DNA of 64,000 nt from Lingula anatina (lineage: Eukaryota; Animalia; Brachiopoda), in NCBI GenBank assembly GCA_051362555.1, contig CM120640.1, positions 10,168,001 through 10,232,000 on the forward strand, written 5' to 3'. The notes under the pieces were generated by a model that worked only from the letters and a program-made list of their open reading frames with translations, was not told the origin of the DNA and did no database searches. Shown piece after piece: positions 24,901 to 37,328 of the stretch (position 1 is the first letter of the stretch; the number at the start of each line of letters is the position of its first letter). Both the position numbers and the translations under genes were made by a program.

Positions 24901-27900
24901 TTGCAAAACCAATTACACCCATTTATTCAAATTCACCCACCGTTTCACCCTCTCCCAACTGGTTGCTGTCGTCCTTGGTTTAAATGTATACTATTTTGTT
25001 CTTATTTGTCAGTAGATATTCATTCTGGTGTATCAGTAATGAGTTTATGTATTGGAATATATTCAATGTCCTCTTAATTGAACATTATGGTTAAAAGGAT
25101 ACCATGTAACTGTGTTGTATGACCACAATTGCTATGTATCCATACACAAACTTAATTCAGGAAACCATAATGTTTCACAATTGCCCTTGTATGTTTGTTA
25201 ATAAAAGTGCAAAGGTATTTTGAATAAAATGTGCATTTAAATGTGAATTTTGAACAAATTGAGTTATTAGATTTTGCATACGCATCTGTTTTAGAAATGA
25301 CTTGTACAAAACTTATTTTTACCTTGTTGTTTTAACAGCTTGAAGATGAATGCAGTGAAGCAGAAGAGGAAGAAAAAGAAGAGCAAAAAGCAAATGAGCA
25401 GTATGCAAAGGTTACAGCCAATGGAATCACAGGGAATGAAAAAAGATATGATTTACGTCACAGAAAAAATGGAGAAGTAATACAAAACGGCAACTCCAGT
25501 CTGTCTACAGAGAATGGCCACAGCAATGGGGTTGACAAAATAGACAATGCACAAAAATCACTGAGTTTGAAAAAGAAAAAAGATAGTCTTCCTGAACAGT
25601 CGCACATAAAGGTATATATGGGGAGGTGTTTTCTTTTCCAGGGGCATATGTTCAGCTAAATAATAACATAATATCTTCATTATCTGGCCTTTTGAGATTC
25701 TATCAAAGGTATGGCACCAAGGACATTTATCAGTTGTTTTGATATATTTGAAAATTTACTGCCAATGTCTGTTTGTAAAAGTCTGCATGTGACTGATAGG
25801 GGTCTTGAACCTTTTTTGGCAAATTAATAGACTGGTATAATAGATCCATTATGCAGGATCACAAACATACAACTACACTTAATTGTTTTTTTTTTTTTTC
25901 TTGGCAAAAGACACACTGTATCATAGGGTAGAATGCAACTCTTTTTGAGGTTTTGTGTCTTGATTTTAGAAATAGGGCAAATAAACCTGATGTCATAGAA
26001 GGATCTGTTCTGGCTGATTGAATGCAGTATCGTATAACTGGTGCACTGTGTTGAATTACACCTGATAACACCATCAGTGCAAGATGTTGTTCACAGGCTG
26101 AGGATGAAATGATCTTATTTTGAACGCAGTACCATGTACTATTGAATTATAGTATTCCCTGCCCGTTTTATCAAAACACTAAATTTGTGTATGTTGACAA
26201 AACCGTGACAAACGTGACTGAAATATCAGAAGACCACTTGCATTCTTTAAGCAAGTAAAAAGGGAATGGAGAACTCATGGTTGCAGTTTTGCATCATAAA
26301 AATTAAAAATGCAATATTTGTCTTAAAGGCTCTGAACTTGACACATCTTTATTAAGCTGTTCCAATGGCTAGATGTCAGATGTGGCCATCAACCTTTCAT
26401 GGTCATTTCCAGTATGTAGAGCATGTGGTCTCACAAGTTGATGTGGGTTGGGTTATCACTGGAAGTTAATAATTACACTTTGGCTAATCTTAGTACGTCT
26501 AGAGATCCCAGGAGTAATATACTACTTTATCACCATAGTGTATCAAGGTACATGATAGTTTATTCGATATTATATCACTGAGATGATATAAATAGTAGTG
26601 ATCACTGATATATTTACCCCCTTTTTTTTTGCAAGTTGTTCACTCCCACATATTTCTTCAAATTCCTCCTAATTTCCACATGTGAATATTGATAATAGCA
26701 AAGTCTTTGCTTTGCAGCTGACAATTTATAATCTATGACAAGATTTATTTTAGAAAAATTTTTTCTATCTAACTTTCAAACCCAAAGTCCAAATTTGCCA
26801 ATGCAGAATGGATAATTTGTCATCTCATTATATACTTATGTCTAAGATATTGAGAAATCATACATCGATATAAAACTCTCCATCGCATTTTTTTTGTTGT
26901 ATTTCTTTCTCACATTATTTTCCCTGTTTTCAGGTGATAGGATGGTTAAACCTTGCAGCCAATGTCATAGACAACTTTACCCATGGTTTGGCAGTGGCAG
27001 GAAGCTATCTTGTCAGTCCAAAGGTATGAATTACACTAGGCAGGCATATACACTGGGCCAGTGTATCATAGACCCTATATTTCTATACTTTGATGTGATA
27101 TAGAAATATAAATCAGTTAAGTTGTAGATATGCATGTACAGTTGGGGACATTGGTCTTTCAAAGTGTTGAAAATGGCTACATGGTGCTTAGCATTTCCAA
27201 GGATTTTTGTACACAATTGTCATTCATAAGGAAAACACAATCAGCTTTGTATCTTAGAAAGTTTAACAGTGATATTTTATGTTTCCTTACAATGAAGACA
27301 AAAGTGTTTTATTTAAAACATTCCCAAGATTGATACATAGAAAATGAAGCTAATCCCAAAAGGCTAGTTGCTGTTCTTATTATACATATAACAGACAGTT
27401 TTGAGAGGAAGAAGAGCATAAAGAACATGTTGCAGTTAAGGTGTAGCCATGCTTGCATTGTTGGTGTTTCAGTTGGGTTCTAAACTTGGCAAATAAGAAC
27501 ATAATGTAAAGGTAATGCAGGCAGCTTGTCTTACTTTTACTTATCCTCAAGCACTTCCTCTTGCAGTTACTTGTTTATTAAAGCCATCCAATTTTTTTTT
27601 GGCACTCCAATTTTTTTGATTCAAATTACATTTTAAATGTAGCAAAACTTCAGCATTCAATACCAGGTTATATCAGGTCATCAGAAGATATACAGGTTGT
27701 CTTGCTGGGTTGACTAAAGGTGACATCTAATCTCATACAGAAAGCACCAGACAGTATGTTTGTACTTGTCTATAAAATAATCTACCTTATGTGGAGAGGG
27801 TATCTTAAAATCTTTCCCTTGCCCTATTTCTGCCTCCCCCCTAGTTAATTTAAAAGACATATTGGCAAGCATCCTAATATGAATTGTTTTGTGTTCCATG

Positions 27901-30900
27901 TGATCCTTTGTAATAGTCACATTGTCATTGTTTTCAGTCATTTCACTTATGGATGGATAGTAAATAGATGACTAAACTCATCTTCTTTATGGATGTACCT
28001 GCAAGTGTTGGATACTGTTAACATAATAAATATTTAATAAAGTAAAATGTAAATATTTTATAGGAGTTATTGTATAACTTTGATTCTGACCATTCAATTA
28101 CTAGTTTTGACATGTCTGGTTCCATGTATCACTGCAATTTTAAAATGTACTTAGTATCATGAAGGGATTTTTGTGCATATCTTTGATTTGGAAGTATATG
28201 TTGTACCCCTCACAATGAAATCAGTAGAGTTGATTGGTTGTGACAAGTTAAGGTGCATTTTTTTTTACTGTTTAGAGCAATTTCTGTGAGACATAGGCAA
28301 AAACAGGATTTGTATGTAAAATGAATCAGATGGTTTGAAGCCTTGATCAAAAATGCTTAAGTCAATATATTGTCCATAATCAGTGATGTTTTGTGAACTA
28401 TTTTCCCATTCATTTATCTGGAAACCCTTGATATCTGCACCAAGGTGCCTATGCACTGGTCTCACTGGATGAAAACTGGGACCATGGGAATAAAGCTTGT
28501 CCTTGTCCTTGTTAGCTTTCTGGGTCAGGGTACATGATGTTAACACTAAAGTACATCTGTCTTATCAGTCCTGGGGTTTATTGTGATTGAATTCAGCATT
28601 GGTACACATGCACCCAGTAACTTGTATTATTTTCAGATCAAAAGTATTTGAATATAGAATCTCTTTATTTTATTGGTCTTTTTTTTAACCAAATTTTTTA
28701 ATGAAAGTAGATAGTACTAACTATAAGTCAAAGTATGAAATAACTTAACTTGTTAGTAAGCCATTCCGTCTAGACCCTTTGTCACTGCACCACTTTGAAG
28801 TGATTTTCATTTTCGTTCACTACATATACTGACACAGTAAAGCCATTTTATTTTATGATTTGAAACAAAACAAGATTGAACAAGATTCTGATGAAGTTTA
28901 TGAGGGAACTCGAGCATTTCCATGTCCTCCTGTGACTGATCCTTGGTATTGAATTTCCTCATTTTAAACAAAGAAACAGTTGTATATTTGGGCTATAGGG
29001 GCTAGTAGGAGTGCAGGACAATAGCAGTCCTAGGCAAAAGTGGCTTTCCTAGCTAGGCTTCAAGTAATGATAAAAGTTCTACCTTAAATATTTTGCTTTT
29101 CTAAATTGAAGTGATAATAATTAAAAGTTTGTATACAAAATTTCAAACATTTAGAATCTTTCGTGATTATTTGAAGTGCGGTTTAGCCTGCATATGACAG
29201 TTTCTAGAGAATTTTCACAACTCATTTCCCCCTCATTTACAATAGAAATTATTCATATCTGGGCCAAGGTTGTCATACAGGGGCCTCGCTAGATAAAAAC
29301 TGATACTGTATGCTTAAACTCAATAACTTAAAAATTGTCAAGCCCTTGTTAGTTATGTATGTCAGTGTAAATTAGAGGATGTTGACACTTAGGTACATCT
29401 GTCCTAGTACCAATTCTGAATCTTGTTTTGATTGAATAGTCATTGGTTCATGTGCACTTAGTTATTTGCATAGATTTCTAACTGTAACAATTAAAAGAAA
29501 TAGTTTTGGGGACAGCTACCCCCTTTTGATATGCAAATTGGAAACTAAATATGTGCATCACATGTTTCAAGAATAATGCAAAGCTGGGAACTTGATCTCT
29601 TTCAAATTTGAACTTCTCCTCTTAGCTTTAATTTAGTCTAACAGGTTATATTTTGTGTTGGCTGTTGACAACAACATCTGTATGACTACTTCTATTGGTT
29701 AACATAAATATTTGCTGACATATTTGATTAGACACGGTTTCCAAGTAAGATAGCATCATGTTTCCCAATCTCTCTGTGTATAGGAAGAAAACAAGTTTAT
29801 TTACTGGATTTAGTTGTTTACTGCCATAATTATTTACTTTGAACCTGTTATGAGTTAATTTTTTTTTTTTTGGTCATTGTTATATTTATTTGCAAATATT
29901 AATCATATTAGAAGATATTCTTTAAAAGTACCTCTTCAAACTCCATTATGTAACTCATTTTGCTCTCACATCTGCTTTTATAACTTTCTTTAGCCAAATG
30001 CCTGCACAGCATAATATTGTTAAATGAAATACATACAGTTTTTGGATGTATGTTCAACATAATGTGTTCTGTGTTTCAGGTTGGTTTGATCACTACAGTG
30101 GCTATACTGGTACACGAGATCCCACATGAGGTGGGGGACTTTGCCATCTTGTTAAGGTCTGGCTTTGACAGGTGGAAGGCTGCTAAAGCACAGGTAAGGT
30201 GGCAGTAATGTTTTCTAAATCAGTTACTGGCTACTATCCCTGCTTTGGGTCAGTAGACTCTTAGACCCTTATGGCAGGGAGTGATGGCACACCAAGGGTT
30301 TCTGGTACAAACTGGTCAAACAAAGCCAATGAAGTGTCCTAGCTGACAACTTTCCCTGTTTAAAAACCTTTGCCTCGAGATTGAAACACGTTTTATTGAC
30401 CCTGGTTTCTGTTCTCAGGGATAAAAAGAGTTAACTTTGTCAAGTTGTCTACTTTTAAGTAGGTTAATCATTTGTGAAGGTTTTTTGGGTAACGGTGCCT
30501 AGACCAACATATGTTGTTCATTTAAAAAAAGTTGTGGCGGCTCCCAGTTTTGAAAGTGAAAAAGATCCAAATAGCACAATATCAGGTAGTAAAGTAATAT
30601 TTTATCACCAGCGTAGCTATACAGTGTGGACATCATATATAATTCTGCCTTCATTATTGTCATTATACTGTGCTGATCTCTGAAATTTAAGTGGGGAAAT
30701 TGATTGTAATTACATGCAGCATAAGTTATTTCCTGTCTCCGTGATTATTATATTTTTATGATTCGCTGAGCACTGCCCTGTCTCTGCATGTTGTATATGC
30801 CTCTAGCTTACTGTTCAAATATTGCCTGTTTCACATGTAGATTTTATGTGAAAAAAAAATATGTCAACTTTTATTAATTGACTGACATATTAGTGATAGT

Positions 30901-31671
30901 GTTACTTTTAAAAGATGTTGCATACTGAGTAAGTATAAAGAAATAATAAAAAAAACTTTTGCTGGATTTATTTCATGTTTATATAATAAAAAAATCCTTA
31001 TGTTAATTTTTTCAAGCTCCTCACAGCATCTGGTGGTGTGGTTGGTGCTATGACAGCTCTATTGGCGGAGTCAGCAGAGACAGCTGGTAACAGCACGGCC
31101 TGGATACTGCCCTTCACCTCTGGCGGCTTCATCTATATTGCACTGGTCACAGTAGTGCCTGATCTACTGGAAGAGAGGCATCCATGGTAGACATATTTAT
31201 TTACTTTTTAAAAGATATATAATCAGAATGACTGTTTATGTTACTCTATGGTAATGAATTTATTTTTTACCCAAGTCTTGTGAAGGAATTATCTAGACTG
31301 ACACGTGCATGAGCTCCATGGAAAGCTTAGCAAGAGTGTGTGAAGGCATATTTATTATTTTATTTTTAAAGAGAAAATTCTCTGTTTCAAACTTATCATT
31401 TGGCTGCCTTAAGTTTGGGAAATTTTGTAGTTATACTTTTATTAACTTATCAATCATTTCATCAACATTCTAAGTATTACCACCTTTTTAATTTAAATTG
31501 CTTTGATATTTTCAGCTTGGATGATATAGTAATGGTATAAGTTGTCTGATTGTCTGATTAGGGAGTAATCTATCTTTGCATATGTTTGTTTTCAGGGAAT
31601 CCTTGAAGCAAATACTGTGTCTAATAGCAGGAATAGGAGCCATGTTGACAGTAACATTAGTCTGCGAATAG
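12574..31671 (+). CDS. SLC39A13: Zinc/iron transporter ZIP13 (SLC39A13, LIV-1 subfamily), 8 exons, 434 aa
   Basis: Exons 12574-12940, 19065-19169, 20928-21037, 25339-25611, 26934-27023, 30080-30193, 31017-31186, 31596-31671 join in frame (1305 nt). Signal peptide; [22 protein letters not shown]; TM4 [10 protein letters not shown] (ZIP13-type; ZIP7 has HNFTDG); TM5 [21 protein letters not shown]; [25 protein letters not shown]. Confidence 0.95.
13305..13376 (+). pseudogene. tRNA-like sequence (tRNA pseudogene or tRNA-derived repeat head; nominal anticodon TGT)
   Basis: A-box TAGCTCAGGTGG, B-box GGTTCGATCC, anticodon stem CTCGC/GCGAG; loop CCTGTTA lacks U33 and purine 37; one acceptor-stem mismatch; no adjacent poly-T terminator. 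Confidence 0.7.
13873..14209. mobile_element. Non-autonomous DNA transposon with TTAA TSD (Kolobok-like)
   Basis: TTAA|AGGGATAATAACTCT ... AGAGTTATTATCCCT|TTAA, perfect 15-bp TIR. Confidence 0.85.
15622..15745. repeat. Perfect 61-bp tandem duplication
   Basis: taacttggacaacaccgtacatataagaatgcttctttctggtataaattccctcaaagcc occurs twice. Confidence 0.95.
19065..19169 (+). CDS. SLC39A13: ZIP13 exon 2
   Basis: [28 protein letters not shown]; phase 1-1. Confidence 0.95.
20928..21037 (+). CDS. SLC39A13: ZIP13 exon 3
   Basis: [28 protein letters not shown]; phase 1-0. Confidence 0.93.
21360..21641. mobile_element. MITE-like foldback element
   Basis: Outer IR ttattgacctatctctgata / tattagagataggtcagcaa and inner IR tgttgcagacaagattgaaatc / gatttcagtcttgcctacaaca. 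Confidence 0.65.
22906..23488. mobile_element. Probable non-autonomous DNA element with internal hairpin
   Basis: Ends TACCCT.. / ..AGGGTA; perfect 13-bp stem cactgtgaagcta / tagcttcacagtg at 22924-22980; CpG-rich patch in a CpG-poor intron. Confidence 0.5.
25339..25611 (+). CDS. SLC39A13: ZIP13 exon 4 (TM3-TM4 cytosolic loop, 91 aa)
   Basis: Open 273 nt, [15 protein letters not shown]...[10 protein letters not shown]...SHIK; phase 0-0; missing from the ORF track. Confidence 0.88.
26934..27023 (+). CDS. SLC39A13: ZIP13 exon 5
   Basis: [30 protein letters not shown]. Confidence 0.95.
30080..30193 (+). CDS. SLC39A13: ZIP13 exon 6
   Basis: [38 protein letters not shown]. Confidence 0.96.
31017..31186 (+). 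CDS. SLC39A13: ZIP13 exon 7
   Basis: [19 protein letters not shown]...[28 protein letters not shown]; AAG acceptor. Confidence 0.93.
31596..31671 (+). CDS. SLC39A13: ZIP13 exon 8 (terminal)
   Basis: [25 protein letters not shown]. Confidence 0.92.
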
Positions 31672-34468
31672 ATTCAGAGAAAACGAGATATATGCAAGAT
31701 AACATGGATGCTCTTTTGTCAAGAAATAGGGAACAAAAACATTCATTATCAGCTCAAATTTGTGAGATATTATATCCTAGTCTTCACCTTACTCTCTGTA
31801 GATCTTTACAGTTTGTCTCATTTGGAATGAGGAGGATGTTGTGAGCCTATTATGATGTTTTAAACATGACTTTCTTCAATTCTCATTTTACAATGATGTT
31901 CCCACATTGGAGTTGTCTTCCAGGAGTAAGGTCCCATGGGGAGTTTGTTTTGTTTTATTTTAACAAAGAAAAGAGGTGATATTATAATGTATGTGGTATG
32001 TATAGTGTATATTGCCCAGGAAGGCAGGTTAATGAAAGTAGAAGATTGTCCAGCAAGTAGAGATTATTTTCCTGAAGAGGTGTTAAAGTTTGGCTGCCAC
32101 ATCATGGAAACAGCTAGCTCTGTAACATAATTTAATTAAGCCTTACCTTCTGTCACTTTTATGGTAAAGTCACTGCCATGAGTGCAATGAAATTACAGCT
32201 GTGATGAAATTGGAAGATTTATGAATTATATGTATGTATAAATAGCAAGTGTTTGCACACTTTTGCCTATATATTCCTTTATTAAGTAGATCCCACCAAG
32301 CATACCTTTAATTGCTTCTTTATAACGAGATATAGGGGGTGCTATTTACCCATTGTGGTCACAATTTTGTCCTTTCATAGTGGGTCATTAAGTTCAACTT
32401 TGGTGTGCATAGCCTGCATCTAGCACCCATATCTATGACTTCTAAGGACTGATGCATAAACGCACACACATGCTTACTGATTTGTGATATTTCATGCTAG
32501 GTGGATTTTAAAATTTAAAACTTAATTGGCAGAGAAGTATATTTTAAATGTAATGCATAATTAAGAAAAAAATGGTTGGTGCATATAAATTGTGCAATGG
32601 TGGTAAGATCGTAGTGGGGCAGGGATGGGAGGGGTTGAACTGGCAGCTATGTAGTTATGGTGATTGCTTTAAACTGATTGGTATAATTTTTATGGAGAGA
32701 CTATGCATCTTGATATTCAAACTTCACTTACATCTGGTTGTTTAGTTATTTTATTATAATAATCATTTTTGGGCAAATTTGATAATGAAACATCTTTTTG
32801 TAAATGACTGAATTCATAAAGATTATTTCTGTGCTATCTAAGAAATATCTTCTGTATAATTATATAAATGAATGAAATGTATATTTTATTTTTTAAGAGG
32901 TACTAGAAGAGATGTGACATATGACTGTTGGAAATTGCATGTTTGAAAGTCCACACTTATCAAGATTTTCATATCTATAAATATATGAAAAACAGAAAAA
33001 ATGTGGGAGTTATGTGCATAACTGTTTTATGTCACATTTTAATTACTGTTGATTTCTTTCCATTATTGGAGGGCACTAAAGTATGAAATGGAGGATAATG
33101 GAACAAGTCAAAATTATGAAATTATTACACAAAATGTGACTGTAATGACCCTAAAACAATTGTGATCATATTGAATATATCGTACATTAGTAAACCAGCT
33201 TTCATGTTGATTGTCATGATATTTATTTTTGATCAAAATATTTTTGGTGTTAAATTTTCTAAATGGCAGAATACTGTTTAGCAGTAGATTTTGATCTTCT
33301 TTGAAAGAAATACAGTTCATGGTATTGTAATTATGTGCTGCTTTTGGCAATAGTTATTATGCAGTAAAGCCGTTAGCTTTCCATATTTAAGCATTTATTC
33401 AAGCATTTATTCAGAGTTTCAGAGATGTATGTATTAGTTTGCTTTATCCAGAGGTGCAAGGTAATGATTTATACTAAAACTAACCTGTGCACACAGATAA
33501 ATATCAGGCTTTTTAGCTCACATAACTTGCTATTTTCACAAATGCTCACAGTTGTTCTATTTCACAGGCAACTTACACATACCGGTATATATATACATAC
33601 ATATATTGTGACATTACCATCATTTATCATCACTGGTTGTGCCTACAACCAGTGTTAGTAGACACTTAAAAATAATCCAAGTTGGCAATCAGGGAAAGGT
33701 GGTGGGGTATGTCCTATAATGTGTGGGTAGACACCAAAGAAAGCTAATTTACATGCTTGAAGATGCCCTTTTAGAACTCTTTGGCTGATAACATATAGGT
33801 TTACAAATACAGAAAGTACTAATGAACAGAATGTATATATCATGCACGTGGTGCTTTGCCACACTGAGACAAGTAATTTTTTTCGTTTGGTTGATAAGTC
33901 ACTTAAACTTAACTAAAAGCAGTTACTGGGTGTTGGATATTCTTACTTAATGTCCTCAGAGACAGCAGTCCACCCACCGATATTATGGCACAAAGTCACA
34001 TGGGTGTTAGTTAACAATTGCAGCAATGTGCCTGTTGGCACGTGCTATTGCTTCAGTGTCACAACCTTTTGAGATAAAGAACAAGTTGTCTAGACACAAG
34101 GAAAACCAGACTTGTATGTAATCTTATAGTGCTAATGGTACCGTTCTGGTAGTAACTACATTTAAAGCGCACAGTTGTTATATCATGTTTAAAAAATAAA
34201 CATATTGGGGTAAACCAGTTTGTTTGAAAAACCATGAATCTTTTTTTCTGAAATAAGCCTCTGTTTGAAAGCAGAATTTGCAATTTGTTAATTATGCGAA
34301 CCTGGCTCAAATGCAGGCACCCCTTGGTGGTTCTGTAATTACTTTGAACCAACTAGAATAATTTATCCTGGGATTATGTTTTGAAATAAGAAATTTATGG
34401 TGGAAAATTAATTTTTGTCTAATTTTCTTGTCATGCAGTTGTGCAATGTTAAATGATAATCTATTCAG

Positions 34469-34598
34469 AATAAAAGAAGAAATCTATAAAGTGTTTCTTT
34501 TACTGTTATTGAAAAAGCATGTACTAATTTTCTTTGCTGATTATTTTTGTAATTTTCATGTTTTTAATGGTAAGACCAAGGAGGCCTATAGAAATAAA
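34469..34598 (+). terminator. Candidate ZIP13 polyadenylation signals
   Basis: AATAAA at 34469 and 34593, near the switch from T-rich to A-rich composition. Confidence 0.35.
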
Positions 34599-37217
34599 AA
34601 GCTTTTACATTTAGGTTCCACAATGTGTGTCAGACTTGCAGCAAATAGCCATAATTTGTATTTATACTTTTTTAATATTCAAGTTGTAAGAATATTTGAG
34701 AGGTAATATGAATATAATAACAAGAATAGTAAGACGAAATATGTTGTACATATAATGCATTGAAATTCTTGTAAACATTTTGGGTTTCATCAACTAATCT
34801 GATGTACATATATATATGTAGGAACTGATGTTGGAAGCTATAACCTAGATTCCATGAACTGATCACAAAAATGCAAATGTAATAAGTAAACACCAGCGGT
34901 GTGATCTAAAAATAACAGGTATTTGATGATCATCAACTTAAACATTTCAAACACCTTTTAGACTGTTACTACTATTACTAGCCCAAGTATCTATTAAAAT
35001 GTGACTATTATTAAGACTACTACTAAATTTAATTACAGAATACTTGGAATTATGATGTTGCTTTAAATCACAGGCATGGTGTCAATACAAAGTTGCTCAG
35101 CAACCTCAGATTTGTTCTACATAAAATGCTCTAACACCATATTGCAAAACTAGTTTAAAAGAGCACGCAGGAAAAAAATGGCAAGGTAGCTTCTGCCTTT
35201 TAAAACAAAAAATGTTCATATTCACATAAATGTGCTCTTGTGATGATAATATTACCCACACTGGTGCTGAGAGATGCTTGTTGAATAATTGGTGGCATCC
35301 TAAATGGGTTTTATAGATCATGATATTCAATGTAACAAGTAAACCTAAAATACTACATTAAAGTGGTTGCAATCTCCAACCTCCAATGCAATATGAAGAT
35401 TTATTTGGATGTAAATAATTGTCAGTAAAGCTGGATTTATAATGGATCATTTCTAACTTGATAACATTATATAGTAAAGCACTTTCACCTTGGTAAAACT
35501 GAAATATATATACATACTGATATACAAGTGTGAAAGATGAACTTGGAAGAATATACAAAAGATTGTATTTCTTCTACATATGAGAAACAATACAGGCAAA
35601 TAAACCTGTTAAAATAATACTGATAATATGAAAACAACTGCCCATTATATAAGGAAAGGAGACTGAAACAAATAGTATACACTCACAATTACATCATCAA
35701 ACAAACAAAAAAAAAAAGGCAAATTGGATCTAAAGGCACAGGAGTCAATTGTTTCTCTATCAAAATAAATGCATAATTGCTTAGAATTATACGAGTGAAA
35801 TATGTGAATGCTTATAACATTTGCATTTTATTATTTGTTAATATCAGGACAAAAAGTCTTGATGGATATTGTTATTCCAGGTCATCATGATTGAACCATA
35901 AATTAGTTGACAAGGGGCATTAAGGAAAATGCCCCAGGATACATTCAATATCTATTTTTTCTATGTTACATTAATATGGGCCAATACCTTAGCTTTATGC
36001 TGAAATTTTAAAACAGTTCAAGTTAACAGTGTCTAGTTTTGATTCAATAATTTGCCAAAGTAAAACTATTAATATCATAGAGTGGTTATTTTGAATCCAT
36101 TTTTGATAAGAATGTCTCACCTGAAAATGCCACAACCTTAACATTTGCATTAGATAATACATTAGCAAGATTAACAAGTAGACTGTGACCGTCTTCAACA
36201 AAGCCATGATTTCTACTTTAATAAAAATTCAATTGCTTTGCAATTATAGAAAGTATGACAATTGTTTAAAAATAAATTGACTAAGGATTAGTCAAATGGT
36301 TTATAATAAATGATAATATACATATGTTAGGACGAGTATAGACACGTCTGTATAAATGTGGGTACATAAGTTTTTCACATTTTGTCCATATACTCAGACA
36401 ATATATGCACTAGTGTCCCTACCTACTACTTCACAATAAACCAGTTTTAATGCAGGTCCAGTTTGATCAATTACTCTCCTTGCTTGTTATATACAGTTAA
36501 AGTAATTATGAAATGCTCAAAGATACATACAGGTACAATTATTTATGGGCTGATTACTGTTAGGAATATGTTCTTTTTCAAGCATTTATTTAATCCAAAG
36601 GCTATACTAAAATATTACACTTTGTATTGGTTTAAAAATAACATGGACATCAAACAGATAAAGACAAATAAATAAAATTATGCAAATGAATAATTTTTCA
36701 CAGATTTTTTTTTACACTTGGTATAAATCCCTTCTAATTAATTTCAGTGATTTGTTATTTATCAAAGAATGGTAGCCTACTGCATTCTGAGATGCTGATG
36801 TAACATTTTCATGTGGGATTTAATTAAAAAATGCTTTAAAACTGTAAAACAAACAGTCCATCAAAGTGTTGGCTAACTGCATTATTTTCATGTGATTTAA
36901 CAAGAACTTGGTGTGTTGGAAATATATTAGCTTAATATGTCATATATTCACATCTTGTAAATCTATTAATATACATACCTGTCTTTTATTTTGTGCATAG
37001 AAAATGCCATGATATCATATTTAAATATCAAACATACAGGGACAAAGCAATTATCAATTCAATTATAAAATTTAGTCATGGCTCCATATTTTTATCCGGA
37101 TATTATGATATTAAAAAAAAACAAACAATTTTTTGAGCCTGTTCCATACATGATATTTTCTCTGAGTCAATCTATACAAGTTCAGACAAAGTGTCAGTCC
37201 AGTCATTGTAGCTAATG

Positions 37218-37328
37218 CTATGACTTGTCTGGAGTGTTCCTGAGCTGTGTCTGACCACTCTGAGCACCTGCTAAAACCAGGGGATTAGTCTGGTGATAAC
37301 TGATTAGTTCTGAGACTGACGGAAAGCT
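37218..37328 (-). CDS. Adaptor terminal exon (end of SH2)
   Basis: SFPSVSELISYHQTNPLVLAGAQSGQTQLRNTPDKS*. Confidence 0.9.
   Translation of the reverse strand, partial: SFPSVSELISYHQTNPLVLAGAQSGQTQLRNTPDKS

Noticed and set aside
24444-25078. Second TTAA-flanked Kolobok-like element
   Set aside because: The ends match only partially, so TIRs cannot be supported by eye
12574-31671. ZIP7/Catsup assignment
   Set aside because: TM4 reads DNFTHG rather than HNFTDG, and there is no His-rich N-terminus
31672-34600. Iron-responsive element in the ZIP13 3' UTR (CAGTGT near 33650 and 34054)
   Set aside because: The flanks do not form the 5-bp upper stem with a bulged C
37212-37220. Stop-codon readthrough at the adaptor's TAG CAT TAG
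   Set aside because: Not a recognised readthrough context, and a second stop follows after one codon
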